From Trichoplax adhaerens (lineage: Eukaryota > Animalia > Placozoa), in assembly GCF_000150275.1 (NCBI RefSeq), contig NW_002060945.1, positions 1,430,199-1,494,198 on the forward strand: 64,000 nucleotides of DNA. The letters are read 5' to 3'. A program made the translations under genes and the position numbers. This document shows positions 1-12,600 of the stretch, in pieces. The notes under the pieces are model-generated. The model saw only the letters and a list, made by a program, of their open reading frames with translations. It searched no databases and had not been told where the DNA came from. Numbering within the stretch: the stretch's first letter is position 1; each line of letters opens with the position of its first letter.

Positions 1-652
1 ACGTTAGTAAAGATACTAATTTGATTTTATGTATATCGAAATCCAATTACTAATTAAAGCAATCATTTGTACAAAGCGGACACCTGTATTGGTGTAATTA
101 TGTAGTAGTAAAAAATGAAATACTACTATACCTAACCATGGCCTAACATGGATATAAAATATATATAAATTGAGCTTTACGAATTTTACCTTACATATCA
201 AGCGAATTGTTGAAAAATGTTAACAGCAACCTTTATAAGCTTTAATAACATAACAACACGTTAGAATAAGTTAGTCTACAATATTGGTACTTGATATTAT
301 ATATCGTGTATCATCGTTATATTTGAAAAGTGTTATCATTGCATTACATTCAAGATTTAAAAATAAGGGCAGTATTAAAAACTTTTGGTGGAAAATTACA
401 AACAATAATTATACGACATGATCTCCTTCAGATCTATAACTACATATTTTTTGCATAATATTGCTTGTTAAAAACACATCAATAATACATGCTTAAGTAT
501 TATCATATTATGTAGCTCCTTAAGTTTAATAATACTACTGTATCAATAAAATATCCCTCATGATTGTACGATATTTTGTCATCTTGGAAATTGTAGATCT
601 CGTATAAAAGGCAATCCATGTTTCCGCAGGGTCTTTAAGGCAAGCAACCATC

Positions 653-3600
653 TTAATCCGGCATGATACCACCAAAGGCATATTCTAAAGTGGTTGAAGG
701 AAGTATAGTGAGTATATATTTTACACATGTTGAGAAAATGTGTGCATTTAAAAAAACAATATAATGTACACGCGTGTATGTTTACCATCAATTTCGTTCT
801 CCTTTATTAAATTATCTTCCTCACTATCAAGCTGCGAAAAATAAAAATAAATAAGTATAAAAAATATCATCCATATCACAAGAATACAAGTTACTTTATT
901 GTAACTGAGGGTTTACGTTACAACTCTTACTCGTGTATTAGAATTATATACTTTAACTTTATATATATCTATATTTTAAGATCAACATTATCATTGCTAA
1001 TTTTATTTGTTTCAGTACATACAGCTTCTAATTCCGAGGCAGTATAAAACCTTCCTAATGCCTTTCTTATAGGAATTAAAAATAGGACTAAGATTGGGAA
1101 CGCAATAGCTGCTGCTGTCAGTTTAACAATCCAGAGTAAGGTTAGAAAGAAAACTTGAACTAATGTATAAGAATAAATTTTACGCGTTGGCACCTAAAAT
1201 AGGGAAAAATACATAAAATCATTTTTTTACATTTACAAATGTAAAAGGGTTGATATTCAGACTGATCAGGAAACAATAAATCATAAATCAAATAGCGGGC
1301 CTTACATTTTTAACATAGATTTCGTTGTGATGCTTGAGCGGCATAAATAGTAATTTGAATCTTTTAAAAAGCTGAATTCCTGTAATAGATGCAATACCCA
1401 TATACAACAGCACACCAAGTATAACTGCATAGGGAATGACTTCAATAACTTGTGTAAAGTATAGTGAAATACCTACATCAAAAATATCAAACGCTTGTCA
1501 ATTTTTCTATCTTGAAAATAGTGTAACTTGTATTTATCTCACCCATAAGTACATGAATCAATAGTGCAGTTAATCTTTGCTCCCTGACATAAAGAACTTG
1601 GGGTTTTTCGCCCGGCGCGTAGCATTTACTATAAACTGTCAGGCTTTTTAAGTGCGATGCAGATCTAACCGTGGCTGAACACATCCACGGTAACCCAAAT
1701 AATGAAAAAATTCCAACGCAAAGACCATTTAACATTAAATCCAGATGGAAGCCTGAGCCCTTTCTCATTTTAAGATTCTTCTTGTTCATTAATAGTTCCG
1801 TAACTTCAATTTCCATAAATAGCAGTATACTTACAAGAGCAGCTAAAATAGATATAACTCATAATTACGCTCGATATCTACTTATAACTAAAAGATATTA
1901 ATGTAAATATACCTGGAATAAAAGCGGCAAAGATCCAACCAATTGATATTTTAAAAGGATTAACCAACCAACTATAGCGATAAGGTGATAAGGTTAAAAA
2001 GCCAGGCCTAACATCAAGTCTTTTAATGTAAACAACATTTCCAACTCCGTAGACGTTAATAAGCACCATAATAATAATAGTAATCATGATGCCAAGATCA
2101 CAAACCATGTGTCGCGCCTAAAAATATACCACAGAATTTTATCAAGAATACGTCAACAAAAGGTTGATATAGTTTCAACAAGAGTAAATAGCATTGATAT
2201 GTTTATAGCAGTAAATACCCAAGTGCCAAGAAATTTACTCCTACGAAAGACTCTCCACGCATAAATGATGCCGAATGTACCGAGAAAGTACATAGTTGAT
2301 AACAATGCCGTATTAGGGTGTGGTTTACTGCACTTTGTTGTTCCATTATTATCAATATCCAGTAAGGTATAATTTCCCATGCAGGTATAATTAGCATAGC
2401 TGCCGGCATAATTCTTCGGTACATAACTTGCGTTACAGTAGTTCGACAGAACAGGATCAGTTGCGTAAATCTAGCAAAGTAGAGAAATGTAATATAATTA
2501 GATATAACAATTAAATATAATAAATTATTAATAACTGCCAAAATTATGACTCTAGTAAAAATAACGAAACAAACTATACCTTCAAAAGATTTTTAATCGC
2601 TTCATATATAAAAATCAATGATATCAAGCTCGCAAATATTTCTTCTGTAAATCTTGTCAGGTATCGTATTAAAAAACTTCCTTGCAATAGTACGACCAGA
2701 GATAAAATTAGAAATACCCATAAGCCTACCCAAACACGCATGGTCAAGAAATCTACGTGGTTTAGTTGGCAAAACTGAAAGGAAGCAGTAAAAAAAGTTA
2801 ATTTAGAGCTGTCTGAAGAATATAATTAAAATTTTATGTGATGATCACACATGCATACTTAAATGCTATATCTCTCTATCAGAATTAATCTTACATCGAA
2901 CAGCGCTTCTTCAAAAACAAGGATAGGGCCAGTAGCTCCCATAATAAGTAACGGTTGGCCAGCTAAAACTGCATAAATAATACCACAGATGGAAGTGGCG
3001 ACTATCGTCTCAGAAACACCAATCACTCCTTGAGTATAATCTCCTAAAATAGCTCCAAATGTAATTGCGGGAGCCATGCAAGCAAAGAATATAAATACAG
3101 AAGCTGTAAGGCATTGCAAATTAAATGCATCCGTGTAGTCGCTCAAATAGTGCGCATATCGTCGACGCATGTCACGTAGCAGTCCGCTGCCACACTCTTT
3201 TGTATACATTAGAGGGTCTAGGTCTGAACTGCTGCTTCCAAATTCCTTAACATCTGTTACGAAAAATAGTTTCAATTAACAGCCGACAGAATCTATCTAA
3301 ATTATAAATATCGTCTTTTCTATAGATTAGTCATACGTATATATTGGTACTTAATTAGTCAGAATACTACTGCAAATACCTGGGACATCTTCAGATTTTA
3401 CTTGTCTACTTTTAACAACTGGTTCTAACAGATCTTTATCCCATTCACCAGGTGGAAGAACAACGCTACCGTCCAGAAAGAAATTAACACCTTGTAACAA
3501 GTCGGCTCTACAGTTAGCCTTATAAGCAGCTTCTTTGAATATCTTAAATAGAGATACGGCAACAAAATTAATTAAGTCAATTTACATCTTTAAGGCTTTT

Positions 3601-6600
3601 TATCGCCATTCTTCGAATATAAATCGATATTGATAATAAAGCTACTCATACGATAATCCAATTTTAATATGCTGCTAAATGATCTCTTTATCCTCGTAGT
3701 TTACCTTGTTCGACATCAGTGTCGAAATAGCACGGCCAACTTCTCGATAATCGATATACTCTGTACTTGGGCCCAACAGCATAAAAAAAAATCGAACAGG
3801 TATTGGAACTTGCATCATATTATCCAGTAAGTGGCCAGTCGACAATCGAACAAAAGCAACAACAGCACAATCAAGCATATCTAAAGAGCCAACTAAAACA
3901 GTCATGCCTTCTGAGCCAGTTGGGATTTTTTTTAAGAGTTCTTTGTCATGATATTCGTGCTTATTTGAAGAAGTAACAGTTGATTTTTTTTCAGTTGGTT
4001 TCGAATTGGGTACAGAAAATGTGATCCCATTTTCTGTATCGTTGTCATCATCATAATTCGAGAATTTGACAATTGGAATATCACATTCTCCTTTCTATTG
4101 GAGTAAAGTGTACAAATCAAGAATATATTCAAAAATACATTCAATCCTAGACATTACTCATTATTCAATGATAAAACAGTATTATCTAAAACATCTGGAA
4201 TATTACCTCTCTTACAGTTGTAGAACGAGCAGCTTCAATATCATGACTTGATGAACGTAGCCAGTTGAATCTGTTCCTCTTAGTGTGACCTTTCTTAGGA
4301 GTATGTAAGTCATTTTCAGCTACATTTTCTTCATCACCAGCTAAGTGTGCTACAGAACCCATATATTTGAAAAATGAACTGCTATGATGATCGTGATGAT
4401 GAGAGTGCTTTAATTGCAAAACTTCAATAAGGCTGTTTCGATCAGAAGCTGAAAGCTGATTAGTGGTCGCTAAATCGTTTACGATTGCATTGACGATATC
4501 TGGAAAATCTTGCTTTTCAAGATCAAGTAGTACGGTGCCTATATGCAATGAACCCCAATGAAATTACGATAAAGTAATCATTTTAGGCAATAGATCATGA
4601 ATAATTCCACGTTGGAAACTTGCAAGGTTCCTTCGTACTAACCGTATTCAAAGCATCTTCGGAGTTCCAACAAACTATGAAAAGATAGCGTAGCAACATG
4701 CGGTTTACCCCATCTATCAGCACGTTCTTCAAGATCTTCTTCAAATTTAATCCAACGTGCAGTTTCCTTCCATTCTGCTCCTTTTAATTCTTCTAACTCT
4801 ACAAACACCTAAGTAACCAGCAATGTAATAATCGATTTATTTTCACAAAATAGAAGTGTTATGAACTGATAACGGACAGCCAAAAACAGAGCAAATTCCA
4901 TTCTAAGGTTATAGATCATTATAAACTCACCTCGTGAGGCGTATGATCATAGACCTGTTTACTTTTCTTATGCAGTTGGCCATCAGAACTATATTGAGTA
5001 AATTTACTCGGTGTTTTTTTCCTATTGGTAATAGGATGACGATGAACTGCGGGTACATCTTCTAATCGATGAACTGAAATAAAATAAAGGCCTCAATAAG
5101 TAACTTCTACGCCCAAGACTAATATACTGTAGTGTTTGTAAAAGTGAATGTTACTATTGTACAAATTAATCTATGATATAAATTATAGCAATAATGTCAA
5201 AGATTTTATAACAACTACACATTCGATTTATGAGTAAACAGAATAATTTAAGGAATAGTTACAATAAATTCTAGTACAGATTACCACATACTAGTCATAT
5301 CGTCTAAATCTTTTTCAGGTAAAATGATTGCTTCTTCAAGTTCAGTCGGAAGAATAGAAACGTCACTATCCAACTTCGTTTCAGTACCAGATCGAACAAA
5401 GTGAGTCTAAGATCATTAGAAGAGCTCAGTTAATTTTATGAAAGTTTACCATATAAATATAATCTTAGTGTATAGTATTTTAAGTCATATATCCGTTTAA
5501 ATCTCGAATATGTGGGACAAACACTGAGTAAATAATTACCAAAACTGGATCCTTTTCACCACGCCGTTTGCCGTGGTGATGGTGATGATGATGATGATGG
5601 TGATGGCGATGACGATGTTTATCGTGTTCTAAATCTTCAGCTATTATATACGCAAGGTATAAGAAATATTACAAGTGACATTAACCTTTTTCAAAGAATT
5701 AAATATAGCGCAAATTTACTCTGAAATAGGTGTATAACGTTAGGATAAACTCAATGCTGAGCGCATGGAAGCAATTCTACATGTCTTTACCAGACGTTTT
5801 CTTTGTCTTGTCACGATCCTTTTTCTCCTCGCTATCTTCACTTTTCTTCCTTTTCTCGTTCACACCGTCTTCTTTCTTTTTCTTTCTCTCCTTTTGACTA
5901 TCTTCTCTTTTCTTTTTATGCTCTGTTTTTTCAGGTGTATTTTGCTGATTATCCAAATTGCGTACAATACTTTCATTACTTTTAGTTTTATGATTCTTTT
6001 CATGAACGCTCATATTATCTTTGACTTCGTTGGTAGATTTTTTTTCAGTATTATTACTCTGGTTAGGAATATCATTGTTAATAGGTAATACTATTGCATC
6101 CGCTGTATTTTCATTATGGGAGTTACTTCTACTTCTGATATTAGAGCTTGCAGCGTCAGCTAATATAGGAGCGCTCTTATTCTCAACACCCACTAATGAT
6201 TGTGTTCTACGATCCCGTCTAGCAAGGTTACCAGCACTTAAACTCTTGTTTCCTCGACCACATTCAACAATATGTCGAGTTTTGACGGGTTCCTTATGAT
6301 GTCCTAGATTGGATGGAGAGCGATGAATTTATTGCTATTTATACATAGACAATATCAGCAAGAAATTTTACTGCACTTCACTGTCGAATCTTGTGATCTA
6401 CATTATTTGATATCATTAATACAATTTCAAAAGTTGTCTTACCTTCCATATCTTCATCATCGACATGAGCTAATTTTGTATATGGTGTATCCAAAGTTTT
6501 CTGATCTTCTGCTCGGATAGCATCCATGTCGGTCATCGTAACAACTTTATTAAGTTCTTCATCAATAGAAGGTTGCCGATGGAAGGTAACACTTCGTTCC

Positions 6601-9600
6601 TAATATCAGACCAAATTTTAAAGGAGTAAGTAAATCTATATCCATATAAATAATACTTGTATAGACAACATACGGTAATAAGGGGTAATCAAGATGGATC
6701 AATGCCAAACGCAATGGATTTAACGAAATTAGAAATTTTTTTTCTTGTAAATGATTCAATTTAAATCAGCAATGGCAAATTAAAAAAAATTATAATCACT
6801 TCTATATACTGCTCGATCATTTACTATACTAAGAAAATTTTTGAATTGCTACAGTAATATACTCAACTGCAGTATTAAAGTGGCGTCTAATATTCAGCTC
6901 AATGTTGACTGGTTGAAATCATTTTTTGTCGATTTATTGGCGTAAAATTGCCTAGCATTACATTTCATTAAAAGAGTAATAAGCCCATAGAATATGAGTA
7001 TTGCTTAATCAAATCAAGAGAGCAATATGTTCTCCTAAAAAATAGCTGTACAATATTTTAGATAAACTAGTTACAAGTCTGATCGTTATCATACTTTCAT
7101 TTTTCTTCATTTCTTAGGTCAACTACTTGTATTTACTCAATAACATTATCCAATGATACTGCTCGATTAGCTCATGATTAGTAAGTAAAAATTCATTGAT
7201 ATTGGAGACGAATTGAAGACTTTGCTCCAATTGTTTAAATCATCGAGATTGAGTTAATTCCATTCAGTCTGCATGATGATACAGTATCATATTGAAAGCC
7301 ATTAAAATGAAAAATTTGCAATCATAACTACTGTCCACTACTGTATCCAATTGCTGTGTTTTCTTATTAAGTAATACTGATTCCCAGCTCTTTTAAAAAA
7401 AATGTGTACAATTTTATAACGTCAATAATAACTTTTTAGCAGGTTTACATAGTCTTTGCATCAATATTTTCAATCAAGGAAAGCCAAGGCGGATGATGAA
7501 ATAATTTTAAGAAAGGAGCAATCTATTCATTGTGTAGTGGATAGATAGACCGACATGAATCGTGACATGCCGGAAGTTAAAATATCCACCAAGGATAGAG
7601 TATCCAATCAAAGTCATGATAAATAGCAATATGGAAAAGTAAATAGACGAACATAACATGAAAAAACTATCAAAATAGGTTTAGCCATCCCTATTTCAAT
7701 CAACAAAGCAAAAACTTAATGATGAACTACTTTGAAGATAGGATTAAGTCATTCATTGCGTAGTGAATAGATTGCCATGAATTAGGACTGGAAGTTCAAC
7801 AAGATTTATACCATAGTATTCTTCAATTAAATCAACATCAAATGCAATATGAAAATGTCCATAGATGAAAATTGATGGATTACATAATAAATGAAGGATC
7901 GATTGACTTTAGGATAGGATAGATCGTTTTGACTGGATTAAAACGATTAAAACGATTAAAGCAATTAGCCAAGTGATACAGTATTTATAAAAATCAACAC
8001 CAAATGCGATATGGAAAAGTAAATAGATGAAAAGAGTATCTCAAGCTACCCCCAAAAGGTCTCGTTAGGGCACTATTCTCCGTGTTGAAGTAATCCCTTT
8101 TATGTGTTACATCATCGCTAAGTGTAAAATAATATCAAGAAAGGATAAAAGAATTTCTACAAGATCAATACCACAAACACTTCTCTATCAAAGGTTACCG
8201 ATGAATAAAAAATGTTTTACTATCAACAATTCAATCAAAATTAACAACTAATCCATTTTTTTAATACCATTTTAGCAGAGTTGGATCAATATTGAAAGTA
8301 AGACCGCAAAAGAGATGGTTGATAGAAGCAATTTGAGCGTTTTTATGAATAAAATACAATCGCAATTTTCAGTTGTGCCCAAGGAATTTAGAATAGACGT
8401 TGATCAATCGATCGATGAATAGGTATTGAGTTATGATCGCCGTGATAGTAAAATTAAATTGGATTTGTTGGATATTATTTACTTCTATGCGTACGTGTCT
8501 ACTGAGTGCATCTCCTCCGTTTACAGTAACAAATATATAGACGGGTATACAAAAAGGAGGAGAGTAAATCATAGCACAACTATGTCAGCAAAAGAACATT
8601 ATTCTTATTATGCAATCCTACGCATGTAACATATGTGATGCAATGACTCCAATCATAAGCAAATCCTCATTTCTTCTGCCTTTAATAATATAGATTGTTG
8701 TCTAATCCACGGACACCTTGCTGGCATAGGGTTACTTTCCAATCATTGAACCTCTCGGCTTGGCGAAAATATGGCTTAGACAAACAATGCACGGCTAAGC
8801 ATAAGGAGATTATTATCAACCAACATTGCGTACATGCATATGCACTAGTGGGCAAAGAGTAGGAGGAGGAAAATGCCGGCATGTAGTAAACAGGCGGCCA
8901 TGAGTTATTTAATGGCAATTTAAATGTGCACGTTGAAGGGATAGAAAGGGCTTGCAAAGAAATTTGGACGTTAACTCAAACTCTGATTTGTAGTAGCCTC
9001 TTCCTGTGATAGGATAAACATTTTGTTTGAAGTCATGACATTGGAATGGTATTATTTTTAATGGCTCTTTATGTGCAAATTTGAGGGATTGAAGGGGCTA
9101 CCATAGAAAGAAAAATTGGACTTTAACTGCAATTTCGATTTTCAACAGTCTCTTTTTGTAACAGAATTGGCATTTTATTGAAAGTCATGACTAAGGTTTG
9201 ACAGCGATAGGTTAGAGAAGAAAGCTGATGTAGGGTAGACAGGCGAACAATTATTTTATATATATGCGTATATACTGTAGGTAACATAACATATATATTT
9301 AGTCATTAGTCATGCAATGATGCTTTTAATGGCTCTTTATATGCTCGTTTGAGGGTTGAGATGGCTTAGAAAGAAGTTTTTTAAGTTCACTACAATTTAT
9401 ATTTCCCAAAGCCTCTTTCTGCAAGAAAATATGCATTATGCATTTTAAGCTATACAGTAACTAAGGTTTGACAGGAACAGGGATAGGTTAGAAGATAGCC
9501 GGTACGTAGTAGACAGGAGAACATTTAGTCATGGAATGATACTTTTTTTAATGGCACTTCAAGCTTGAGGGGTTGCAAGGGCTTACAAAGAAGTTAGACA

Positions 9601-12600
9601 CCTAATGCAATTTTTTATTTGCACTAGTTACTTGAATAGAATATACTGTACGTAGTATTTTAAGCCATGATTGAAGTTTGACGATAATAGGAACGGTAGA
9701 CAGGCTAGTACTGGTCATTCATTGGTATTTCGAATGTGATAGTTTGTGTGGATTGAAAGAGCTAGAAATAAGTTTACTCTTCAGATAATATTTTATTTCC
9801 TGCTGCCTCTTTCTAGAGTAGAATGGGTTTTATTTTAGCCATTATTACAAAGACTTGACAGCAAAAAGCTAAGAAGAAAACTTGTACGAGCTACGTAATA
9901 CGATAGACCAGTAATAATCATTCCATGTGACTTTAATGCGCTAGTTTGCGAGGTTGAAAGCACTGGGAAAGAAGGTTTAAATGCGAGTGCAATTTTTATT
10001 TCCAGCAGCCTCTTTCTTAAATAGAGAATATGTTCAATTTAAGCCATCACTACGAAGGCTTGATTAGCAATAGGAACTGCTAAGAAGAAAGCCGATTACG
10101 AACTATGTAATACGAGATAGCCGAGCATTAGTATCATCCCAAGCTGCTTCAAGTTGGAAGAAAAGCCGGCAGTATTATGTCAACAGTGCTAACCAGCTAA
10201 TCATTTGAAATCCTAGCTACCTCTTTCATTATTTAAAATGGAATAGTCATACATTTGAAGCTATTCTAAGGACTAAATAATTTAACTTATGGACGTACAA
10301 GGATGATATTGTGCACTCTCTACACAACTAATTATTATAATTAAAATTGAATGGGGTATGCAAGAAATAGAATAGAAAAAATACCAGCATTTAAGGTTAA
10401 TATATTACAAGATTACCAAAGTATTTAGTCGAGAGTTATTTTTTGACGCCATTTCAAATTACCAGCGGTGGAAGAGAACATGGCTGGAATTGAAAAATTT
10501 CACTGATGCTTAAATGATTTGAAGTCATTACTAATGCTAATATTGGCATAGCTATGAATGGGATATGCAAGGAATTTGATGAAAGAAATTACCAATAGTA
10601 TAAGATAGGAGGGCTACTATTATAATATTGATTGAAAACTACTTTTGACGCTATTGCAAATGGTAACTACATGCTTGAGTTGAAGACACATTAAAATGGA
10701 ATATAAAGGATGGGAAGAATTCAATAGGTGCTCAAGAGGCTATTACTTGGATTGGAATTATCTCTAAATTAATGCGGTATGCAAGGGACTTGTGGAGGAA
10801 GAAAATGCCGGTGATACAGTAATATGTGGCAGGATTACCATAGTATTGATGTATTTAATGATCATTTTTGACGCCATTTTAAATTGGACCCCAACTGCTT
10901 GGAGTTGAAGATAAAAATGGATGTGAAAATTTCAGATTTCAAATGATACTCTCAGGATATCTACTAATTCCAGGTTAGGACCAATTCTGATGAATAACGC
11001 AATAATTAGTTATTTACAACTGTCAAGAATCATATATTCAATATAATGCAATATCAAGGAAATTCCGTACATAACAATAATATCTAATATTTTCGTTCTG
11101 AAAGCAACATGCCGAAGTGAAATCGGGCAGTGTATAAATAGCAAAAATGGATCCTCTCTAAGTTGAAGTTTCCATCCTTTTATACCCGTACAGTATACCG
11201 TTGTCATCGCCTATGCGTACTATATACTGACTGTAATTTATCATGAGGAAATAACGTAGAACGGAGTAACATAAATAATTCATTGATTGCATAATAAATA
11301 AATAAATAAATAAATAAAAATTGGTTATCCGATGATCTCACTACCGGAATATCTAGTGTACAGAAATGAATAACATTAGCCATGCAAATCGACTACGATA
11401 TTCTATATTCACGAGTTTCAGAATGAGTAGTAGAGATGGAAGAAAAGTATACCAACTAGAAAGACTATCGACTGCTGTATCCTGCACATTTGCACACTCT
11501 TGGGACTAATGGATATGTAATTAACTTTCTTCCGACAATTTCAACTAGTAGTTTACTTAATGGATCTACGAGTGCTTTCCCAGGAATAAACTCCAATCCG
11601 GAATACCAAAATCCTAAACGAATCGATTAATCTATCAACTCGATAAAACAATGCTATGCAAGATGTTTACGCTAATCCAGAATATTTCCAGCTTAAGCAG
11701 ATCGGCTAATCTATCAACTTGATGAAATAATGCTAAACACGATAAACTCTAAACTTAGGATTATTCCAATGCTAAACGAATCGACTAATCCATCAACTCG
11801 ATAAAATCATCCTAATGACCATAAACTCTAATCTGGGTCACTCCAATACTAGATAAATTGACTGATCTAGTAATCCGATGAAATAATACTAAATATGATA
11901 AACTCTAATCTGGAATATCCCAATGCTGAGCCATAGATTGATCTATCAACTCGACCAAATAATCCCAAAGATGATAACCTTAGTATTAGTAGCCAATTAA
12001 CTAAAACTGGTCAATAGTCTATTAAAATCAACATACTCGTAGTTCGAGCAGTAAATCGAAGATGGCCAAAGACAGACAGCTATAAATGAATGCACTTATA
12101 TTTATACAATATAGAGGTTGAAATAGTCCAATCTCGACTAATCTGCTGTACTAAAAGTCAGCTTACCAACTTATTCTACGGAAAAGCGACATGGTTTGAT
12201 CAGAGAAAATCGATGATAAAAAAATTTGTTCGTATACCCGATAATAGTTGATAAGTAAATTCGCCATCTATTTGACTCATAATTTAAAAATCTTCATTAA
12301 AAATGATAAACTTGCTTGAATATCTAAATACCAATCAATGGATGCAATACCTATTAAATAACTCGTATAATGCTCATATTTTAAAGAAATCTAATTTACT
12401 TTGTAAGACTCCCAATGAAATTGATTGATGTAACTTGACTATTTCGGAGTGAATCAATGCATAAATCCTAACCTGTATAATAATTTAGTGCAAGTACTCG
12501 AATACTAACTAGCTACTACCTATCAACATTATCTAAGTCTGGTAATAAGCTGGCTGACTAATAGTTTACGAAGAAGGCATGCTGGCTAACCATCCAATTC

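Noticed and set aside
748-831. Alternative SLC4-A end by reading through to TAA at 748-750
   Set aside because: Splicing to exon 653-684 yields the family-like DEY..MP terminus and fits better
5765-6088. Hydrophobic 107-aa plus-strand ORF resembling a membrane protein
   Set aside because: Antisense shadow of the Lys/Glu-rich SLC4 exon
11292-11318. (AAAT)n microsatellite
   Set aside because: Ordinary short simple repeat in AT-rich DNA
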